This document shows positions 53,541 to 59,254 of a DNA stretch of 59,254 bases, one piece after another; within the stretch, counting starts at the first letter, position 1; every line of letters begins with the position of its first letter. The translations under genes and the position numbers were made by a program. The DNA is from Planctomycetota bacterium (lineage in GTDB: Bacteria > Planctomycetota > Planctomycetia > Pirellulales > PNKZ01), in assembly GCA_017303535.1 (NCBI GenBank), contig JAFLCO010000002.1, positions 1-59,254 of the forward strand, in the 5' to 3' direction. The notes under the pieces were generated by a model. It ran no database searches. It saw nothing but the letters and a program-made list of their open reading frames with translations, and was not told the origin of the DNA.

Positions 53541-56500
53541 ATGTTGCGATCTCTGTTCGGCTCATTCGTTTGTTCTCTTGTCGCAGCTTCGTCGCTCATG
53601 CTCCTTGGTGCGGCACAAGCTGACGACGGTTTTACGCCGCTTTTCAACGGCAAGGACCTCTCCGGCTGGGACGGCAATCCCGAACTCTGGTCGGTCGAAG
53701 ATGGCTGCATCACCGGCAAGACCACCGGGCCTGATCAGCTCAGCTACAACCAGTTTCTCATTTGGCGCGGCGGAACGCTTAAGAACTTCGAACTCCGTGC
53801 GACGGCCCGCGTCACCGGCAACAACTCGGGCTTTCAATACCGCAGCAAGGAATTGCCCGAGGTCGGCAAGTGGTCGGTCGGCGGTTATCAGTGTGATATG
53901 CACCCGACGCCTGCCAACAACGCGATGCTCTACCACGAGCGCGGCCGGGGCATCGTCGGCCACAACGGCCAGACCGTCGTCGTCGATCCGCAGGCCGACA
54001 AGTATCTGACCGCCGAGCGCGAGACTGTGGCCGTCAATACGGAAGAATTCCACGAGTACGCGGTCATCGCCGTCGGCAATCATCTCGTTCACAAAATCGA
54101 CGGCCGCACGACGGTCGAAATCTTCGACTACGATCCGGCAGGCCAAAGCTTCGAAGGTCTGCTGGCGATTCAAGTTCATCGCGGCCCGGCAATGCGGGTG
54201 CAGGTGAAAGACATTCGCTTGAAAGTATTGCCGGACGAGCCGGTTGCGAAGTTCGATGCTGCGACGTTGCCCGCGGGTGCGAAGAAGATCGAGAAGCCGG
54301 CGCCGCGGAAAGCTCCTGCAAAGAAGAAGAATGCGAATAGTGCGGCCACGAAAACGCGAGCGATCTTCGTTGCGGCTCCGAAACCGAACGCCGCGAAGAA
54401 CAACGCGGCTCGGCCTGCGAAAGCTCAAGGAAAGCCGGCGGCGAAGCCGGGGCCGAAGCAGAAGCCTAATCGTCCGGCCGAAGTCGGGCCGGCCGTGAAA
54501 GGCAACAAGGCGACGCCGATCGACAAGATCGTCGCCCCCAAAGGCTTCAAAGTCGAGTTGCTCTACTCGGTCCCCGGCATCGAGCAAGGCTCATGGGTCA
54601 ACCTCTGCACCGACGACAAAGGTCGCATCCTCGTGAGCGATCAATACGGCGGGCTCTATCGATTCGCTGCACCCGCGGCCGGCAAAGTGATCGACCCGGC
54701 AAGCGTCGAAAAGGTCCCCGCTCCGATCCGAGCCGTCAACGGCATGCTGTGGCATGAAGGTGCGTTGTACGTCGGCGTAAACGACTACGAACAGAAAATC
54801 CCCAGCGGTTTTTATCGCATTACCGATAGCGACGGCGACGACATGCTCGACAAGGTCGAGATGTTGCGGCGGCTCGACTCGAAGGGAGATCACGGCGTGC
54901 ATGCCGTGCTGCTCGCGCCGGACAAGAAGTCGTTTTATTTGATCACCGGCAACAACACCGAGCCGACCGAGATGGAAAAAACGTCGCCGGTGCCGCAGGT
55001 CTGGGGCGAAGATCATCTGCTCGAACGGATGCCCGACGGTCGCGGGCACAACGTCGGCCGCTGGGCGCCCGGCGGCATCATCTGGCGGATCTCTCTCGAC
55101 GGCAAGAAATTCGAGAACTTCGCCACCGGCTTCCGCAACATATTCGACGCCGCGTTCGATCGCGACGGCGAACTGTTCACTTACGACGCCGACATGGAAT
55201 ACGACTTCAATACGTCGTGGTACCGACCGACGCGAATCAACCACGTCGTCAGCGGCGGCGAGTACGGCTGGCGCAACGGCGCGGGCAAGCGACCTGAGTT
55301 CTACGCCGACAACCTGCCGGCGACGGTGAACATCGGGCCCGGCTCGCCGACGGGCGTCACCTTCGGGTACGGCGCGAAGTTTCCGGCCAAGTATCAAAAT
55401 GCATTGTTCGCGCTCGATTGGAGCTGGGGCCGGCTGTACGCCGTGCACTTGGAACCGGACGGGTCGACGTACAAGGGAACCAAGGAAGAGTTCATCACCG
55501 GCGCTCCGCTGCCGATCACCGATGCGATCATTCATCCGGCCGACGGCGCGATGTACTTCACGATCGGTGGACGTCGCGTGCAGTCGGGCGTGTACCGCGT
55601 GACATACGAAGGCGATGAATCGACAGCCCCGGCCGAGCACAAGCCGAACAATTCCGAACTCCGTGCCCTGCGGCAGCGGCTCGAGGCCTTCCACGGCAAG
55701 CAAGACTCCACGGCCGTCGAAGCCGTATGGCCGCACCTCGGGCACCCGGACCGCTGGATACGCTGGGCGGCTCGCACGGCGCTGGAACATCAACCGCTCG
55801 AGCAATGGCGGGGGAAGGCGGTTACGGAGAAGGATCCGGCGATCGCCGTCGAAGCTTTGCTGGCCGCAGCCCGCGTCGGCGGAATTTGCCCGATTCACCG
55901 CAAGGACGGCGATCCGGCGATCAACGTAAAACTGCGAGACGAACTGCTGTCGGCCTTAGCGGCGATCGACCCTGCGGCACTCGACAACCAACGGCAGTGC
56001 GACGTTGTGCGCACGATCGAGGTGGTGCTGAACCGTTTCGGTCGACCGAACGACGCGCTGGTAACGAAGCTCGTCGCTCGACTCGATCCGCAGTTTCCGG
56101 CCAAGTCGTTCGATCTGAACTGGGTGCTCTGCGAAACGCTCGCCTACTTGCAAGCTCCGAACACCGCGGCCAAGGGAATGGCGCTCATCGCCGCCGCCCC
56201 GACCCCGGAAGAGCAAATCGAATATGCCCGCTCGCTGCGATTCTTGAAAGCCGGCTGGACGCCCGAACTCCACAAGGCCTACTTCGAGTGGTTCCTCAAA
56301 GCGGCCAGCTACACCGGCGGCGCGAGCTTTGAAAAGTTCATGGAGTTCATCCGCAACGACGCCGTCGCCTCGCTCACCGAAGCCGAGCGTACGGAAATGG
56401 CCGAATTTCTGGCTCGCAAGCCGGAGAAGAAGCCGCTGCTGGAGAACTTGGCCGAGGTTTTCAAGGGCCGCACCTCGCGGACTTGGACGCTCGACGAACT

Positions 56501-56987
56501 TTCGGCGATCGCGAAGGCGGAACTGCATGACCGCGACTTCGCCAACGGCCGCAAGATGATGGCGGCCGTCGGCTGTTTCGCCTGCCACCGCTTCGGCAAC
56601 GAAGGAGGCATGACGGCGCCCGACATTACGGCGGCCGGTCGCCGCTATTCGCCGCACGACCTGCTCGATCAGATCATCAACCCGAGTAAGGAAATCAACG
56701 AGCAGTTCTCGACCATCGTCGTGACCACGGACTTCGGCAAAGAATACACCGGTGTGGTCGTGAACCTCGGCGGGGATTCCATCACGCTGAACACGGATCT
56801 TACCGATCCGAACCAGCGCGTGGGGATCGATCGCAAGACGATCGAGTCGATCGAAAAATCAAAAGTCTCGGCGATGCCGACGACGCTCTTGAATCTACTG
56901 ACGAAAGACGAAGTTCTCGACTTGTTGGCCTACGTCCTCAGCGGCGGCGACCCGAAAAACGCGATGTTTCGCAAGGGTGCGGAGTAA
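53541..56987 (+). CDS. Multidomain exported protein: DUF1080 (3-keto-disaccharide hydrolase-like), a Lys/Ala/Pro linker, a dehydrogenase-like beta-propeller, HEAT-like repeats and a C-terminal cytochrome c
   Basis: The DUF1080 segment is FTPLFNGKDLSGWDG...WSVEDGCITGK...IQVHRG. The propeller region is of the Pirellula/Verrucomicrobium 'membrane-bound dehydrogenase' type. The haem motif is CFACHRFG. Confidence 0.9.
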   Translation: MLRSLFGSFVCSLVAASSLMLLGAAQADDGFTPLFNGKDLSGWDGNPELWSVEDGCITGKTTGPDQLSYNQFLIWRGGTLKNFELRATARVTGNNSGFQYRSKELPEVGKWSVGGYQCDMHPTPANNAMLYHERGRGIVGHNGQTVVVDPQADKYLTAERETVAVNTEEFHEYAVIAVGNHLVHKIDGRTTVEIFDYDPAGQSFEGLLAIQVHRGPAMRVQVKDIRLKVLPDEPVAKFDAATLPAGAKKIEKPAPRKAPAKKKNANSAATKTRAIFVAAPKPNAAKNNAARPAKAQGKPAAKPGPKQKPNRPAEVGPAVKGNKATPIDKIVAPKGFKVELLYSVPGIEQGSWVNLCTDDKGRILVSDQYGGLYRFAAPAAGKVIDPASVEKVPAPIRAVNGMLWHEGALYVGVNDYEQKIPSGFYRITDSDGDDMLDKVEMLRRLDSKGDHGVHAVLLAPDKKSFYLITGNNTEPTEMEKTSPVPQVWGEDHLLERMPDGRGHNVGRWAPGGIIWRISLDGKKFENFATGFRNIFDAAFDRDGELFTYDADMEYDFNTSWYRPTRINHVVSGGEYGWRNGAGKRPEFYADNLPATVNIGPGSPTGVTFGYGAKFPAKYQNALFALDWSWGRLYAVHLEPDGSTYKGTKEEFITGAPLPITDAIIHPADGAMYFTIGGRRVQSGVYRVTYEGDESTAPAEHKPNNSELRALRQRLEAFHGKQDSTAVEAVWPHLGHPDRWIRWAARTALEHQPLEQWRGKAVTEKDPAIAVEALLAAARVGGICPIHRKDGDPAINVKLRDELLSALAAIDPAALDNQRQCDVVRTIEVVLNRFGRPNDALVTKLVARLDPQFPAKSFDLNWVLCETLAYLQAPNTAAKGMALIAAAPTPEEQIEYARSLRFLKAGWTPELHKAYFEWFLKAASYTGGASFEKFMEFIRNDAVASLTEAERTEMAEFLARKPEKKPLLENLAEVFKGRTSRTWTLDELSAIAKAELHDRDFANGRKMMAAVGCFACHRFGNEGGMTAPDITAAGRRYSPHDLLDQIINPSKEINEQFSTIVVTTDFGKEYTGVVVNLGGDSITLNTDLTDPNQRVGIDRKTIESIEKSKVSAMPTTLLNLLTKDEVLDLLAYVLSGGDPKNAMFRKGAE

Positions 56988-57003
56988 GGCAAGGGATATC
57001 TTG

Positions 57004-57100
57004 TCTTAGCCCCGGGCGAATCGCCCGGGGTTAGCGTCGATCAATGAGCGACGTCGCGGATCTTTTAACGCTGCCCCCGGCGACTCGCCGGGGGCTAAGA
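57004..57100. repeat. REPIN-like inverted doublet of a GC-rich hairpin element between convergent genes
   Basis: TCTTAGCCCCGGGCGAATCGCCCGGGGTTAG (57004..57034) and GCCCCCGGCGACTCGCCGGGGGCTAAGA (57073..57100) are approximate reverse complements. Each is itself a 9-10-bp hairpin. Confidence 0.7.
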
Positions 57101-57110
57101 CTTTAGGATT

Positions 57111-59254
57111 CTAACTCAACAGCATCCGCAAATCCTCGGCCGTGAGGTCGGCGACGAGGCTGTTGTCTTCCGTGATGATGGCGTCGGCCAAGCGGCGTTT
57201 GTCGGCCTGCAGCGCGAGAATCTTTTCCTCGACGGTGCCGGCCGCAATGAGCCGGTAGGCGAACACCTTGCGCTGTTGCCCCATGCGATGAGCCCGATCG
57301 ACGGCCTGCGCCTCGACCGCCGGGTTCCACCAAGGGTCGAGGATGAAAACGTAATCGGCCGCCGTGAGGTTGAGGCCCGTACCGCCGGCCTTGAGGCTGA
57401 TGAGAAACGCGCCGACGGTCGGATCGTTCTGAAACCGGTCGATCGGCGCTTGCCGATTGCGCGTCTTTCCGTCGAGGTATTCGTACTTGAGCCCTAATTC
57501 GTCGAGCCGGCTCTTCACGATCGCCAGGAGCGACGTGAATTGCGAGAACACCAGCGCCTTATGCCCTTCGGCGACGACTTCCTCCAATTGCTCCAGAAGG
57601 CAATCAAGCTTGGCCGACGGTTCGCTGACCTTCTTATTGTCGAGCAAGCCCGGATGACAGGCGGCCTGCCGCAATCGCAGGAGCGCTTCGAGCGCCACGA
57701 TCTTACTCTTGCCGAGGCCGTCGGCGGCGATCTTCTTTTCCAACAGTCCGCGGTAGTGATCGCGCAGCTCGTCGTAAAGTTTGCGCTGCGGCGCCTCGAG
57801 GTCGCACCGCAACGTTTGCTCCACTTTCTCGGGCAGTTCCGGCAGCACCTGCTCCTTCGAGCGTCGCAAGATCAGTGGTCGCAAGGCTCGCGCGACGGCG
57901 GTCGACATCTCCGAGATGGCCTCGGCCGTCGCCGGTCCGACGGCGCGCAACTTCGGCAACCTGCCGACGAGGCCCGGGTTGATGAAGTCCATCAGCGACC
58001 ACAGTTCGGCGATTCGATTTTCGACCGGCGTGCCGGAAAGCGCCAGCCGATGTCGGGCCTTGAGCAACCGCACGGCTTTTGAGGCCAGCGAGTCGACGTT
58101 CTTGATCGCCTGCGCCTCGTCCAGCACGGCGTAGTCGAACTCAAACTTGCGGAACACGTCGATGCTCTGCCGAATCATGCCGTACGTGGTGATGACGACG
58201 TCGGCGTCGGGCAGCGTCTTGCCTCGGCCGGAACCGTAGAACGACGCCACCTTGAGTTGCGGCGTAAAACGGGCGGCTTCATCGAGCCAGTTGTGCACGA
58301 GCGAACGCGGGACGACGATGACGGACGTCGTCGGGCCCTTATCGCTCTTCTTACGCGCTATGCGGCGGCGTTCCAGCATGGCCAGGAGTTGTACCGTTTT
58401 GCCGAGCCCCATATCGTCGGCCAAGCAACCGCCGAAGCCGAACTCGCGCAAGAATTCGAACCAGCCGACGCCGTATTGCTGGTACGGCCGTAGCGAACCT
58501 TGAAACGTCGGCGGCGCGTCGGCCGGCGTAATGCCGGTGAAGTCGTGCAGCTTGGCGCGATAGTCGGCGAAAGCCCGATCAGAGCGGATTTCGTCTTGCT
58601 CGGCCAGCAGCACATCGAGCAACATCCCTTGATCGCGGCGAAAGCGAAGCGCATCGGCCTCGTCTTCTCCGAGCGAGGCGAGAGTTTCCAAACGCCGCAG
58701 CATCGCGGCCGGCAACGTGCCTTGCGAGCCGTCGGCCAATACGATCCAGGACTTGCCGCCGCGGACCGCCTTGAGCAACTCCGGCAGATCTACGACTTGA
58801 TCGTCGAACTGCACGCCGCCGCTGACGTCGAACCAGTCGATGCCCGAGCTGACGCGCCATTGAAACTTCGCGGCCCTCACCGGCTTGCCGTCGATTTCGA
58901 TGCGCCAGCCTGCAGCGCACAACGTTTCGGCGGCGACGGTCAGCCCGGTGGTGGGGAGCGTTCCGGCGCCGTCTTCAAAGTACTTCGGCGGGCGGACGTT
59001 GAGGGGCGGCAATTGCGCGAGAAAGGCCTGTTCGGCGTCGACGTCGCGGCGCACGAGCCGCTTGGCTTCCTCGTCGACGATGCACGCGTCCGGCGCACGG
59101 GCGTCGACCGAGAAGTCGCCGTAAAGAAAGCTGACCATCGCGGCGTGCCGCTTCTCGTCGTAATGTCGCCGCACGAAACGCACCATCGGCCGCGGCTCGC
59201 CCGCTTCGACCGACCAACCGCAGGCCGGCGGCAATTCGAGCCGCGGCAAGCCGG
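57111..59254 (-). CDS. SNF2-family helicase with a bacterial SNF2-associated N-terminal region (5' end likely runs off the window)
   Basis: LRPYQQYGVGWF is present. Motif I is LADDMGLGKTVQ and motif II is LDEAQAIKN. Motifs V-VI read LKAGGTGLNLTAADYVFILDPWWNPAVEAQAVDRAHRMGQ. Confidence 0.9.
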   Translation of the reverse strand, partial: GLPRLELPPACGWSVEAGEPRPMVRFVRRHYDEKRHAAMVSFLYGDFSVDARAPDACIVDEEAKRLVRRDVDAEQAFLAQLPPLNVRPPKYFEDGAGTLPTTGLTVAAETLCAAGWRIEIDGKPVRAAKFQWRVSSGIDWFDVSGGVQFDDQVVDLPELLKAVRGGKSWIVLADGSQGTLPAAMLRRLETLASLGEDEADALRFRRDQGMLLDVLLAEQDEIRSDRAFADYRAKLHDFTGITPADAPPTFQGSLRPYQQYGVGWFEFLREFGFGGCLADDMGLGKTVQLLAMLERRRIARKKSDKGPTTSVIVVPRSLVHNWLDEAARFTPQLKVASFYGSGRGKTLPDADVVITTYGMIRQSIDVFRKFEFDYAVLDEAQAIKNVDSLASKAVRLLKARHRLALSGTPVENRIAELWSLMDFINPGLVGRLPKLRAVGPATAEAISEMSTAVARALRPLILRRSKEQVLPELPEKVEQTLRCDLEAPQRKLYDELRDHYRGLLEKKIAADGLGKSKIVALEALLRLRQAACHPGLLDNKKVSEPSAKLDCLLEQLEEVVAEGHKALVFSQFTSLLAIVKSRLDELGLKYEYLDGKTRNRQAPIDRFQNDPTVGAFLISLKAGGTGLNLTAADYVFILDPWWNPAVEAQAVDRAHRMGQQRKVFAYRLIAAGTVEEKILALQADKRRLADAIITEDNSLVADLTAEDLRMLLS

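Noticed and set aside
53562-55898. Minus-strand ORFs of 341 and 435 aa
   Set aside because: They lie antisense to the DUF1080/dehydrogenase/cytochrome-c gene.

Overview
This is a high-G+C window that looks like Planctomycetota (Pirellulales-like). That placement is an inference from gene content: a WD40 Ser/Thr kinase, a sulfatase, a DUF1080/dehydrogenase/cytochrome-c giant and ECF sigma factors. I support about 44 protein-coding genes and recognised no rRNA, tRNA or CRISPR array. Most long ORFs antisense to real genes are Arg/Ala/Pro-rich shadows typical of high-GC DNA.

Main content:
- **DNA repair.** The known four-gene ligase-associated cassette (MBL exonuclease, ATP-dependent ligase, Lhr-type helicase, PdeM) is joined by 4-nt GTGA start/stop overlaps. 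There is also a 2400-codon uvrA holding two complete UvrA units plus a duplicated C-terminal domain of unknown function, an AlkA-like glycosylase, and a truncated SNF2 helicase.
- **Regulatory modules.** An ECF sigma factor is divergent from a WD40 Ser/Thr kinase. An ECF42-type sigma factor sits with DUF1579, YCII (DGPF) and VOC genes. An OxyR-like LysR regulator has an ATAG-N7-CTAT box upstream.
- **Unknown envelope genes.** A three-gene operon of exported proteins has two tandem paralogues.
- **Unknown helical proteins.** Two Lys/Glu-rich helical proteins lie downstream of the kinase.

The most unusual structure is a set of short palindromic or low-complexity repeat families. They sit at gene boundaries and in three cases lie in-frame inside coding sequence: twice in lhr, in two different reading frames, and once in a uvrA linker. 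There are also two REPIN-like inverted doublets, with an orphan IS200/RAYT-like Y1 transposase gene nearby.
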